Origin: an uncultured Candidatus Saccharibacteria bacterium
Lineage (GTDB): Bacteria; Patescibacteriota; Minisyncoccia; Portnoybacterales; UBA2143
Assembly: GCA_964629675.1 (NCBI GenBank)
Contig: CAZVUG010000010.1
Coordinates: 1 to 61,842, forward strand
Direction of reading: 5' to 3'
Length of the DNA stretch: 61,842 nt
Position 1 is the first letter of the stretch; each line of letters opens with the position of its first letter. The notes beneath the pieces are model-generated. The model did no database searches. It was not told the DNA's origin and saw nothing but the letters and a program-made list of their open reading frames with translations. A program made the translations under genes and the position numbers. Below, piece by piece: positions 46,124 through 54,435 of the stretch.

Positions 46124-46128
46124 AAATT

Positions 46129-46160
46129 AAAACCCAATCATTAATTTGATTGGGTTTTTT
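46129..46160. terminator. bidirectional intrinsic terminator between convergent genes
   Basis: 12-bp perfect stem AAAACCCAATCA / TGATTGGGTTTT with a 6-nt loop. A/T runs lie on both sides. Confidence 0.75.
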
Positions 46161-46165
46161 ATGGC

Positions 46166-46735
46166 TCATATTTTATAAGGAACATAAATTACAGTTCCTT
46201 TTTTTATTCTTTGTGGATCTACTTTATTGATCCGAGCTATCTTGGACCAATTTTGTCCAAAAAGCTTCCAAAGAGTGTCATTATTTTTTATCTTATAAGA
46301 ATAGAAATCTTTATCTTCAATGATTTCTATTTTTAACTTATCAACTCCCTTCTTAGTTAATCCAATCTTTCTGGCCGCTCCGTAAGAAAGATCGAACTCT
46401 CTCCCATGAATATAGGGCCCTCTATCATTAATCCTGACAACAATGCTTTTGTTGTTACGAGGATTAGTAATCCTGACTCTAGTTCCAAAAGGAAGAGTCT
46501 TATGGGCCGCTATTGAATCATTATACATATTATACTTTTCTCCATTAGCTGTTAGGCGACCATGGAATGGCTTGCCATACCAGCTAACATAAGCATAATA
46601 TATGTTTTGAACTTTCTCAGAGATTGAGAGAGGGAAAGGGTTTAAAGTTTTCGGGTCCATTATATTGCCAACCAATGGACTCACTAATAAAAATAAAAAA
46701 GACAGAATAAAGATTTTCATGACTCCTTTTTTCAT
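46166..46735 (-). CDS. RlpA-like (double-psi beta-barrel) lytic transglycosylase with C-terminal LysM domain
   Basis: SWYGKPFHGRLTANGEKYN...AAHKTLPFGTRVRITN...VVRINDRGPY. LysM-like region YKIKNNDTLWKLF...IKKGTVIYVP. AAGGAG lies 7 nt upstream of the start. Confidence 0.85.
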   Translation of the reverse strand: MKKGVMKIFILSFLFLLVSPLVGNIMDPKTLNPFPLSISEKVQNIYYAYVSWYGKPFHGRLTANGEKYNMYNDSIAAHKTLPFGTRVRITNPRNNKSIVVRINDRGPYIHGREFDLSYGAARKIGLTKKGVDKLKIEIIEDKDFYSYKIKNNDTLWKLFGQNWSKIARINKVDPQRIKKGTVIYVPYKI

Positions 46736-46849
46736 CTCATGACTCCTTCTTTTAAGGGTTATTTTAATGAACCATATTATATATTAAAGCATAAATATTA
46801 AGATTAGTCAAGATTGAAAAACAGATCAAAGTATTTTATAATAATAAAA

Positions 46850-47311
46850 ATGTCTTTTTCTGTTGTTTGTGACAATATTCGCAGTTTAGAAAATATCGGC
46901 TCTATTTTCCGCACAGCCGATGCTTTAGCAGTTGATAAAATATATTTAGGCGGTATTTGCGGAAAACCGCCTCACCAAAAAATTTCAAAAACTGCTTTAG
47001 GCGCTGAAAAAAATATTCCTTGGGAATATCATTGGCAAACTTGGCGAATAATAGAAAAATTAAAAAAAGAAGGTTTTTTTATTGTTGCTTTAGAACAGAC
47101 AAAAAATAGTTTAATTTATACTAGCTTTAAAGCTAAATTTCCTTTAGCTTTAATAGTTGGAAATGAAATTAAAGGAATTTCTTCTTCGGCACTTAAAAGA
47201 GCTGATCAAGTTATTCATTTGCCAATGGCTGGCCGGAAAGAATCATTAAATGTTGCTGTTGCTTTTGGCATAGCTGGTTATTATGTTTTTCAAAATTATC
47301 AAAAAAAGTAA
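46850..47311 (+). CDS. SpoU/TrmH-family RNA 2'-O-methyltransferase
   Basis: NIGSIFRTADA, LIVGNEIKGIS and IHLPMAGRKESLNVAVAFGI (SPOUT knot motifs). I preferred the ATG at 46850 over the TTG at 46814. Confidence 0.8.
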   Translation: MSFSVVCDNIRSLENIGSIFRTADALAVDKIYLGGICGKPPHQKISKTALGAEKNIPWEYHWQTWRIIEKLKKEGFFIVALEQTKNSLIYTSFKAKFPLALIVGNEIKGISSSALKRADQVIHLPMAGRKESLNVAVAFGIAGYYVFQNYQKK

Positions 47312-48425
47312 AAAATCAAATGCTCGCTTAGGCTTAATTAAAACTGCTCATGGATCAATCCATACGCCGGCTTTTTATCCAGTAGCTACTAAGGCAGCAA
47401 TTAAGGGATTGTCTTTAGATGAAGTTAAAAAAATTGGCTTTGAGGCAGTTTTATCTAACACTTATCATCTTTATTTGCAGCCAGGACATAAAGTTATCCA
47501 GAAATTAGGCGGTTTGCATAAATTTATGAATTGGAACGGACCGATTGTTACTGATAGTGGCGGTTTTCAAGTGTTTAGCTTGGGTTTTGGCTTAGAACAT
47601 GGTATTGGCAAAATAGTCGGTATGTTCCCGGGAAATAAAAGAAAACCAAGCAAATTATTTAATGTCAAACTAATGAAAGTTAATCAAGATGGCGTAGATT
47701 TCCGCTCTCATTTAGATGGTTCTAAGCATAAATTAAGTCCGCAAAAATCAATTGAAATTCAAGAGTCTTTGGGAGCTGATATTATTTTAGCTTTTGATGA
47801 ATGTACTTCTCCTCTGGCTGACAAAAAATATACTAGGGAAGCAATGCTAAGAACTCATCGCTGGGCGGAAATTTGTTTAAAGTTTAAAAAGCGCAAAGAT
47901 CAGTTTCTTTTTGGCATTATCCAGGGAGGGCGATGGCATGATTTAAGAATTGAGAGCGCTCGCTTTATTAATAAGCTTCCTTTTGCCGGTTTAGCTATTG
48001 GTGGCCCTTTGGGAAATACCAAAAAAGACATGCGACAAATTTTAGACTGGGTTATTCCAGAAATGGATCCGCAAAAGCCAAGGCATCTTTTGGGAATTGG
48101 CTATGTTGATGATATTGTTCAATCAGTTAAAAAAGGTATTGATCTTTTTGATTGTGTCGAACCAACTCGCTTAGCCCGCCATGGAATCCTATTAACTAAA
48201 AAAGGAAAAATAAATATTCTAAATTCGCGATATAAAGAGGACAAAAAGTCAATTAGTAATAATTGCCATTGTTATACTTGCCAAAATTTCAGCCGGGCTT
48301 ATCTGCATCACCTTTTTAAAGCTAAAGAAATGATAGGGCCAACTTTAGCTACTTATCATAATCTTTGGTTTATGAATCAATTAATAGAAAAAATTAGAGA
48401 GGATATCAGAAATAATAAAATTTGA
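47283..48425 (+). CDS. tgt: queuine tRNA-ribosyltransferase
   Basis: HTPAFYPVATKAAIKG, TDSGGFQVFSL, LAFDEC, and the zinc site CHCYTC...H. Confidence 0.93.
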   Translation: MFFKIIKKSKKSNARLGLIKTAHGSIHTPAFYPVATKAAIKGLSLDEVKKIGFEAVLSNTYHLYLQPGHKVIQKLGGLHKFMNWNGPIVTDSGGFQVFSLGFGLEHGIGKIVGMFPGNKRKPSKLFNVKLMKVNQDGVDFRSHLDGSKHKLSPQKSIEIQESLGADIILAFDECTSPLADKKYTREAMLRTHRWAEICLKFKKRKDQFLFGIIQGGRWHDLRIESARFINKLPFAGLAIGGPLGNTKKDMRQILDWVIPEMDPQKPRHLLGIGYVDDIVQSVKKGIDLFDCVEPTRLARHGILLTKKGKINILNSRYKEDKKSISNNCHCYTCQNFSRAYLHHLFKAKEMIGPTLATYHNLWFMNQLIEKIREDIRNNKI

Positions 48426-48457
48426 CAGTTTTTGATTAATTTGCTAAATTTAAAAAA

Positions 48458-48550
48458 ATGATTTATTCAATAACTAGCTTGTCTATCATTATCCTTATTA
48501 TTATCTTATCTCAGCAAATAGGCTGGCTAGATTTTGTTTTTAGAAAATAA
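48458..48550 (+). CDS. possible 30-codon hydrophobic mini-ORF
   Basis: My translation gives MIYSITSLSIIILIIILSQQIGWLDFVFRK. There is no SD, like most genes here. Its 3' part overlaps the left arm of a 13-bp inverted repeat. Confidence 0.2.
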   Translation: MIYSITSLSIIILIIILSQQIGWLDFVFRK

Positions 48551-48584
48551 TTAAATAAAATAAAGTAGTCAAAAATCTAGCCAG
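48523..48584 (+). repeat. 13-bp perfect inverted repeat with 36-nt spacer
   Basis: CTGGCTAGATTTT (48523-48535) pairs with AAAATCTAGCCAG (48572-48584). The right arm overlaps a CCAG-TTGG-CTGG mini-hairpin followed by T6 (to 48599). Confidence 0.6.
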
Positions 48585-48641
48585 TTGGCTGGATTTTTTA
48601 GTTCTTTTAATCCATCAATATATATAACCAAGGAGGGCAAA

Positions 48642-48854
48642 ATGGCAGATAGATTAGAAAAGATTATTGTCAATACAAAATATGGCAGAATTAAAGAAAA
48701 TGAAATTTTCCAGGAAATTAAACCAAGGGTAAAATATGTTTGTTATAACGTCAGCCAGCATAAAAATGGCCAAAAAGTAATAGTTAATCAAAGCGGTTTA
48801 TGCCCTCAATGCGGTTTGCCTTTAAAAAGAATAATTTCTAGAATTTCCCTTTAA
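48642..48854 (+). CDS. small orphan protein (possible zinc-binding, ...C-x5-H...CPQC)
   Basis: 70 aa from the ATG at 48642, with AAGGAGGG (48630-48637) upstream. The track's TTG start at 48585 has no support. Confidence 0.5.
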   Translation: MADRLEKIIVNTKYGRIKENEIFQEIKPRVKYVCYNVSQHKNGQKVIVNQSGLCPQCGLPLKRIISRISL

Positions 48855-48869
48855 TTTTAGGAGATTAAA

Positions 48870-49058
48870 ATGGAAAAAGATAAAAAAAATGCAAAAGAAA
48901 ATTATTCTCCTGGCGAAGTTATTAAAAAATTAATGGAAAAAAGTTCTTTGTCTCATCAGGAAATTAAAAAATTGCTATCTGATGGTAGTATTTTAAATGG
49001 AATACCTTTAGATCTGTATTTAAAATTATTTCCTGACAAAAAAAATTATCAAGATTAA
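48870..49058 (+). CDS. small orphan protein
   Basis: 62 aa with AGGAG (48859-48863) upstream and a 15-nt gap from the previous small gene. A terminator follows. Confidence 0.5.
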   Translation: MEKDKKNAKENYSPGEVIKKLMEKSSLSHQEIKKLLSDGSILNGIPLDLYLKLFPDKKNYQD

Positions 49059-49067
49059 TTTTAAATT

Positions 49068-49098
49068 AGGCGGTTATTTCAAAATAGCTGCCTTTTTA
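49068..49098 (+). terminator. intrinsic terminator
   Basis: AGGCGGTTAT / ATAGCTGCCT stem with two G-U pairs and a 6-nt loop, followed by T5. Confidence 0.55.
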
Positions 49099-49163
49099 TT
49101 TTTATTTAATTATGATATAATAAAAAAACAAGATAAAAAAATTAATATATAAGGAGAAATATT

Positions 49164-50123
49164 ATGCCTAAAGTATTTATTACGCGTAAAATTCCTAATA
49201 AAGGAATTAATTTATTAAAAGATAAAGGGTGGGAAGTTGAAATCGGCCCAGAAGGAAAGATATCGAGAGAAGATTTACTAGCAGGCGTTAAGGGCGTTGA
49301 AGCAATCCTCTCAGTTTTAACAGAAAAAATTGATGGTGAAGTAATGGAAGCGGCCGGGCCTCAATTAAAAGTCATTGCTAATTATGCAGTCGGTTATAAT
49401 AATATTGACGTTGAAGAGGCAAAAAAGAGAAATATTATAGTTACTAATACGCCGGGTGTTTTGACAGAAGCGGTTAGCGAACATGCTGTCGCCTTGCTTT
49501 TCGCCGTTGCCGAAAGAATTGTTGAAGCAGATAGATATACTCGCGCAGGAAAATATGAAGCTTGGGGCCCAGAGTTACTTTTAGGAACAAGCATCAAAGA
49601 AAAAACATTAGGAATAATTGGCTTAGGCAGAATCGGATCAGAGGTGGCTCGCAGAATGCAGGATGGTTTTGATTTGAAAATTATTTATTACGATGTTCAC
49701 CGCAATGAAGATTTAGAGAAAAAATACGGGATTGAATATAAAGAGATAGATGATCTATTAAAAGAAGCAGATTTTATCAGCCTGCATACTGCTTTAACAA
49801 AAGAAACGAAGCATTTAATCAGCCGAGAGCGCTTGCAGTTGCTTAAGCCTACCGCTTATCTAATTAATACTTCTCGCGGGCCAATAATTGACGAAAAAGC
49901 TTTAGTTGAAGTTCTACGAGATAAAAAAATTGCTGGAGCAGCTTTAGACGTATACGAAAACGAGCCAGAATTAACGCCTGGTTTAGCTGAATTAGAAAAT
50001 GCAGTTTTGACTCCGCATATTGCTTCGGCAACTAAAGAAACCAGGGACAAGATGGCTGAAATGGCTGCTAATAATGTTATCGCCGTATTAGAAGGAAAAG
50101 ATCCTTTAAATCCAGTTAAATAA
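49164..50123 (+). CDS. D-2-hydroxyacid dehydrogenase (glyoxylate/hydroxypyruvate reductase-like)
   Basis: GIIGLGRIGSEVARR NAD-binding motif, ANYAVGYNNIDV, and INTSRGPIIDE...LDVYENEP...TPHIASAT. AAGGAG lies upstream. Confidence 0.88.
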   Translation: MPKVFITRKIPNKGINLLKDKGWEVEIGPEGKISREDLLAGVKGVEAILSVLTEKIDGEVMEAAGPQLKVIANYAVGYNNIDVEEAKKRNIIVTNTPGVLTEAVSEHAVALLFAVAERIVEADRYTRAGKYEAWGPELLLGTSIKEKTLGIIGLGRIGSEVARRMQDGFDLKIIYYDVHRNEDLEKKYGIEYKEIDDLLKEADFISLHTALTKETKHLISRERLQLLKPTAYLINTSRGPIIDEKALVEVLRDKKIAGAALDVYENEPELTPGLAELENAVLTPHIASATKETRDKMAEMAANNVIAVLEGKDPLNPVK

Positions 50124-50126
50124 GCT

Positions 50127-51005
50127 ATGTTTTCTGATCAAGAAAGAAAAGTTTTCCAAGAAGGCTATAAAAATATAGCTGGCTTGGATGAGGTCGGCCG
50201 GGGTCCTTTAGCCGGACCGGTCACGGCAGCTATTGTTGTTATTGATAATTTAAGTAAAATAAAGAATATCCCTTTTTTAAATAGAGGGAAAAATTTTTAC
50301 AGAGATTCAAAACATCTTTCCCAAAAAATGAGGGAAGAAGTTTTTGAAATAATCAAACAAAAACCAGGCATTAAATGGCAGATTAGCTCAGTCTGGCCTA
50401 AGACAATTGATAAAATTAATATCTGGCAAGCTACTTTAATGGCTTGGCGCAATTGTTTGAAAAAAATAAATCCTAAACCAGATTTTATCTTCTTAGATGG
50501 CCAAGCAATAATACCTCGATTAAAGATAAAGCAAGAAGCTGTTATTAAGGGTGATCAGAGAATCAAATTAATTTCTCTAGCATCCATTATCGCCAAGGTT
50601 AGCCGTGATAAATTAATGGAAAAATTGGATAAGAAATTTCCTCAATACGGGCTAGCTAAACATAAAGGGTACGGAACAAAATTACATTTAGAAAGGTTAA
50701 AAAAGTTTGGTTCTTCGGAAATCCACAGAAAAAGTTGCCAGCCAGTTTTCAAAAGTCTTCCCTTTAAGGAAAAAGTATATTATACAGTAAGTAAAATTCC
50801 AGCAGGCGAGACAATAACTTACCAGCAGCTAGCTGAAAAAATAGGCCATTCTCGAGCTTATCGGGCTGTTGGGCAAATACTTAAAAAAAACGAAGATTCA
50901 AAAGTGCCCTGCCATCGAGTAATTTACTCTAACGGAAAAATTGGCGGTTATAAATATGGTTGGAAAAAGAAAAGAGATATTTTAATTAAAGAAGGAGCAA
51001 TCTAA
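50127..51005 (+). CDS. rnhB: ribonuclease HII fused to a C-terminal MGMT/Ogt-type DNA-binding alkyltransferase domain
   Basis: RNase HII motifs: GLDEVGRGPLAGPV, DSKHLS, ASIIAKVSRDKLM, KGYGT. C-terminal ~80 aa: IPAGETITYQQLA...YRAVGQIL...VPCHRVI (PCHR active-site motif). Confidence 0.85.
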   Translation: MFSDQERKVFQEGYKNIAGLDEVGRGPLAGPVTAAIVVIDNLSKIKNIPFLNRGKNFYRDSKHLSQKMREEVFEIIKQKPGIKWQISSVWPKTIDKINIWQATLMAWRNCLKKINPKPDFIFLDGQAIIPRLKIKQEAVIKGDQRIKLISLASIIAKVSRDKLMEKLDKKFPQYGLAKHKGYGTKLHLERLKKFGSSEIHRKSCQPVFKSLPFKEKVYYTVSKIPAGETITYQQLAEKIGHSRAYRAVGQILKKNEDSKVPCHRVIYSNGKIGGYKYGWKKKRDILIKEGAI

Positions 51006-51090
51006 ATTTTTGAATTATTTTTGATTTATTTTATTAAGCATGATATTATCAAATCATTAAATAAAGTTAAAAATTTGATTTAATTTTAAT

Positions 51091-51789
51091 ATGAATAACA
51101 AAAAAACAACAATCTTAGGCTTAATTACGATCTTAGCTTTAGGAGGTATCATTTGGTACGCGACTAGCCATAGAGAAGGAGCAGAGAATCAAACTGCCTC
51201 TTTAGAGAAAAGTCTTACAGAAGACCAAAAAGACGAAGAGCAAAATATTAGCTTAGATATAATTGTTGGAAATCCAGAGGCACCAGTGACTATTGTTGAA
51301 TATTCAAGCTATACTTGCGGATATTGCATAGATTTTCATCAAAAAACATTGTCTTCACTAATTGAAAATTATGTAGAAAAAGGACAAGTAAAAATAATTA
51401 ACAGAAGATTATCTCCGCCAGCTTTAGCGATAGCAGCTATCTGTGCTGAATCTCAAGGAAAATTTCAGCAAGCTGATAAATATATGTACGAAAATGTTGA
51501 TAGTCTTATTGAAGAAAGCCAAAATGCCAGTTCAGAAGAAGAAGTAAGATCTGCTTTTGATAATTGGATTAATGGTTTAGTCAACGAAATAAATTTAGAC
51601 AAAGAAACTTTTACGCAATGTTTAAGCGATAGCCAGAATGTTGAAATAATAAATAATTGGTCAATAGAAGCTCAAGAAGCAGGAATAGAAGGTATTCCGG
51701 CTTTTATCATTAATAATGATAATAAAATTAGCGGGAGCAAACCTTATGAAGTTTTTGCAGAAGCAATCGAAGCAGAACTTGCTAAATAA
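51091..51789 (+). CDS. membrane-anchored DsbA-family thiol:disulfide oxidoreductase
   Basis: N-terminal TM, CGYC active site, and GIPAFIIN near the C-terminus. Confidence 0.8.
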   Translation: MNNKKTTILGLITILALGGIIWYATSHREGAENQTASLEKSLTEDQKDEEQNISLDIIVGNPEAPVTIVEYSSYTCGYCIDFHQKTLSSLIENYVEKGQVKIINRRLSPPALAIAAICAESQGKFQQADKYMYENVDSLIEESQNASSEEEVRSAFDNWINGLVNEINLDKETFTQCLSDSQNVEIINNWSIEAQEAGIEGIPAFIINNDNKISGSKPYEVFAEAIEAELAK

Positions 51790-51810
51790 TTTATTTACCA
51801 AAATATTTAA

Positions 51811-51857
51811 AAAATCCTGGTTAAATTGGTTAATTTAATTGCCGGGATTTTTTTATT
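51811..51857 (+). terminator. intrinsic terminator after DsbA-like gene
   Basis: AAAATCCTGG / CCGGGATTTT outer stem with one G-U pair, an inner TTAAATT/AATTTAA pairing, and a T-run. Confidence 0.5.
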
Positions 51858-51862
51858 ATCTT

Positions 51863-51910
51863 TTTTATGCTATAATATTTATTAAAGTTTTCTTTTATGC
51901 TATAATATTT
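51863..51910 (+). promoter_or_regulatory. tandem duplicated extended -10 promoter elements
   Basis: The identical 18-mer TTTTATGCTATAATATTT occurs at 51863-51880 and 51893-51910, a 30-nt period. Each copy contains TGCTATAAT (TGnTATAAT). Confidence 0.5.
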
Positions 51911-52005
51911 TATAAAGAGGTAATTAAAGTTAATTTATATTATTTCTTGATTTTATTTATTTGAAATATTTTAGATAGATATTAATTATTAAATAATAAA
52001 TTAAT

Positions 52006-52620
52006 ATGTATATTAAAAAATATACTAAAAAACAAAAAGGATTTACCTTAATTGAATTATTGGTAGTCATTGGCATTATTGGCCTTTTGGCTAGCGGTGT
52101 TCTAGCTTCTGTTAATAACGCCAGAGAAAAAGCCAGAGATGCTAGCAGAAAAGCAGGTTTATGCCAAATAAGTTTAGCTTTAAATTTCTATTATGATGAT
52201 CATGGCAGCTATCCCTTAAGCAATGGTGATGGCAGCACTTGGGATTTTAGTACAGAGTTTTCAACAGAATGGATTGATGGGCTGGGCGATTATTTCAGTT
52301 ATAATACAAATCAGGATGATGGATTAATTAAATACGCTAATGCAAGGGACCCTATCCCGCCAGCCTCTGATAAAATAATACCCAAAGACCCAGTTAATAA
52401 TAGTTCTCAGCCTTGGATTGATGGAAATTACTCTTATGCTTATTACTGTTCTGACGGCGATAATTATGATTTAATTACCCAATTAGAAAATACTGAAGAT
52501 CCTGATATTTGTGCTAATATGTGCTGGAAGCGTTATACTGGCGGAGGAGGAGTGGTGCCTTGGTGTAGCAGTTGTCCAGGAGGAGAAGCTAATAGCGATT
52601 ATATCTACGCCGAACATTAA
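52006..52620 (+). CDS. type IV pilin-like protein (prepilin N-terminal methylation motif), Cys-rich C-terminus
   Basis: KGFTLIELLVVIGIIGLLAS class III signal/hydrophobic helix, 204 aa. Confidence 0.85.
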   Translation: MYIKKYTKKQKGFTLIELLVVIGIIGLLASGVLASVNNAREKARDASRKAGLCQISLALNFYYDDHGSYPLSNGDGSTWDFSTEFSTEWIDGLGDYFSYNTNQDDGLIKYANARDPIPPASDKIIPKDPVNNSSQPWIDGNYSYAYYCSDGDNYDLITQLENTEDPDICANMCWKRYTGGGGVVPWCSSCPGGEANSDYIYAEH

Positions 52621-52638
52621 TAATAGCAAAAGTAAAAA

Positions 52639-52881
52639 ATGTTTGATAATGTAAAGTCCCCTCATTATATTCGCCTTTTCTCAAATCAAGATTGTCCTTA
52701 TTGCCATACCCTCAGAGCATTTTTAGATGAGAATGGTTTTTCGTATGAGGATATTAACTTAACTAAAAAGATGGAAAAAGAAATGGGGCAAAAAGGTGTT
52801 CCAGTAATAGAAATAGACGGAGAGACTATTGTTGGTTTTGATAGGGAAAAAATCATTAAGTTATTAGGAATAAAAGAATAA
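52639..52881 (+). CDS. glutaredoxin/NrdH-like small redoxin
   Basis: 80 aa with a CPYC active site and GVPVIEIDGETIVGFD. Confidence 0.8.
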   Translation: MFDNVKSPHYIRLFSNQDCPYCHTLRAFLDENGFSYEDINLTKKMEKEMGQKGVPVIEIDGETIVGFDREKIIKLLGIKE

Positions 52882-52891
52882 TAAATATATA

Positions 52892-52947
52892 TTAGATATT
52901 TGGAATAAATACATATATAAAAATGTATTTTTGAACTAAATATCTAA
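52892..52947 (+). promoter_or_regulatory. nested A/T palindrome immediately upstream of gap
   Basis: The outer arms are TTAGATATTT / AAATATCTAA (52892-52901 / 52938-52947). The inner arms are AAATACAT / ATGTATTT (52907-52914 / 52923-52930). It ends 8 nt before the gap ATG. Confidence 0.35.
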
Positions 52948-52955
52948 ACGTTATT

Positions 52956-53969
52956 ATGCCGACTAAAATTGCTATAAATGGTTTTGGCAGGATAGGAAGA
53001 TCTGCCTTTAAAAATATTTTATCTAAAACTGAATTAGAAGTAGTAGCCATTAATGATTTAGCTGATAATAAAACTTTGGCTCATCTTTTGAAATATGATT
53101 CAGCCTATGGTATTTTTGCTAAATCAGTCGAATTTTCTGAGAAGAATTTAATCATAGATGGGAAAGAAATTAAATGCTTAGCAGAAAAAGATCCAACTAA
53201 ACTTCCTTGGAAAGATTTAGGCGTAGATGTAGTTTTAGAATGCACGGGTTTCTTTACTGACTATGAAGGTGCGCAAAAACATATTCAAGCAGGATCTAAA
53301 AAAGTTATTATTTCAGCCCCTTCTAAAAGTAAAGAAATAGCTCATTTTGTTCCAGGAGTAAATCAGAATGAGTATAAGGCAGAGAAAGATGATATATTAT
53401 CAATAGGCTCTTGCACAACAAATTGCCTAGCGCCAATAGCTAAAATAATAAACCAGAATCTAGAAATCGAAAAAGGATTAATGACAACTATCCATAGTTA
53501 TACTGCTGATCAAAATTTGCTTGATGCTCCTCATCGAAAAGATTTAAGAAGAGCTCGTTCGGCAGCTCTTTCTTTAGTGCCAACGACCACTGGGGCAGCT
53601 ATCGCAGTTACTAAAGTTATTCCAGAGCTTGTCGGTAAAATAAATGGTTTAGCCATCAGAGTGCCGACGCCGGTTGTTTCTCTAGTTGATTTTGTGGCTA
53701 AAGTAAAAAAAGAAACTAGCCAGGAAGAAGTTAATGATCTTTTCAAAAAAGCAGCTGGAACAGACGAATTCAAAAATATTTTAAGTATAGAAGATAATCC
53801 TTTAGTTTCGATAGATTTCAAAGGCAATTCTTTTTCAGCTATTGTAGATGCAAAATCAACTATGGTTCAAGAAAAAAACTTAGTGAAAATTTTAGCTTGG
53901 TATGATAATGAATGGGGCTATGCTTCTCGTTTAGCTGAATTTGCAGAATATATAGGAAATAAATTATAA
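52956..53969 (+). CDS. gap: glyceraldehyde-3-phosphate dehydrogenase
   Basis: INGFGRIGR, active site SCTTNCLAP, and WYDNEWGY. Confidence 0.97.
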   Translation: MPTKIAINGFGRIGRSAFKNILSKTELEVVAINDLADNKTLAHLLKYDSAYGIFAKSVEFSEKNLIIDGKEIKCLAEKDPTKLPWKDLGVDVVLECTGFFTDYEGAQKHIQAGSKKVIISAPSKSKEIAHFVPGVNQNEYKAEKDDILSIGSCTTNCLAPIAKIINQNLEIEKGLMTTIHSYTADQNLLDAPHRKDLRRARSAALSLVPTTTGAAIAVTKVIPELVGKINGLAIRVPTPVVSLVDFVAKVKKETSQEEVNDLFKKAAGTDEFKNILSIEDNPLVSIDFKGNSFSAIVDAKSTMVQEKNLVKILAWYDNEWGYASRLAEFAEYIGNKL

Positions 53970-53984
53970 ATTTAAATAAAAAAT

Positions 53985-54422
53985 ATGTTATATCTTGGTG
54001 CTGATCACGCTGGATTTAATCTTAAAAAAGAATTAAAAAAATATTTAGATAAGCTGGGAGTCCAGCATGAAGATTTAGGTAATCAAGAATTAAATCCTGA
54101 AGATGATTATCCGGATTTTGCTTTAGCTGTTTCTCAAAAAGTAAGCCAGACAGGAGAAAAAGGAATTCTTATCTGCGGAACCGGTTCAGGGATGGCCATA
54201 ACTGCCAATAAAATTAAAGGCGTTCGTGCTGTAAATTGCTGGAATGATTTTACAGCTGTGCAATCCCGGGAGCATAATGATGCTAATGTGCTTTGTTTAG
54301 GAGGAAGGACTATTGATCTAGAGAATGCCCAAAAAATTGTTCGCCTCTGGCTGGAAACAAAATTTGCTACAGGGGAAAGGCATCTTCGAAGATTGAAGAA
54401 AATTGAAGATTTTGAAAAATAA
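53985..54422 (+). CDS. rpiB: ribose-5-phosphate isomerase B
   Basis: GADHAGFNLK and ILICGTGSGMAITANK; 145 aa. Confidence 0.93.
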   Translation: MLYLGADHAGFNLKKELKKYLDKLGVQHEDLGNQELNPEDDYPDFALAVSQKVSQTGEKGILICGTGSGMAITANKIKGVRAVNCWNDFTAVQSREHNDANVLCLGGRTIDLENAQKIVRLWLETKFATGERHLRRLKKIEDFEK

Positions 54423-54435
54423 AAGATGAAGAATT

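Noticed and set aside
46717-46748. Direct duplication of TCATGACTCCTT (46717-46728 and 46736-46747). On the minus strand this gives AAGGAGTCATGA twice at the start of the rlpA-like gene, suggesting two alternative SD/start pairs.
   Set aside because: The second AAGGAG is only 2 nt from the internal ATG (Met6), too close to function as an SD. The first AAGGAG, 7 nt from the ATG at 46735, explains the start. The upstream ATG-AGA-TGA is a 2-codon ORF. This is a curiosity and not a feature.
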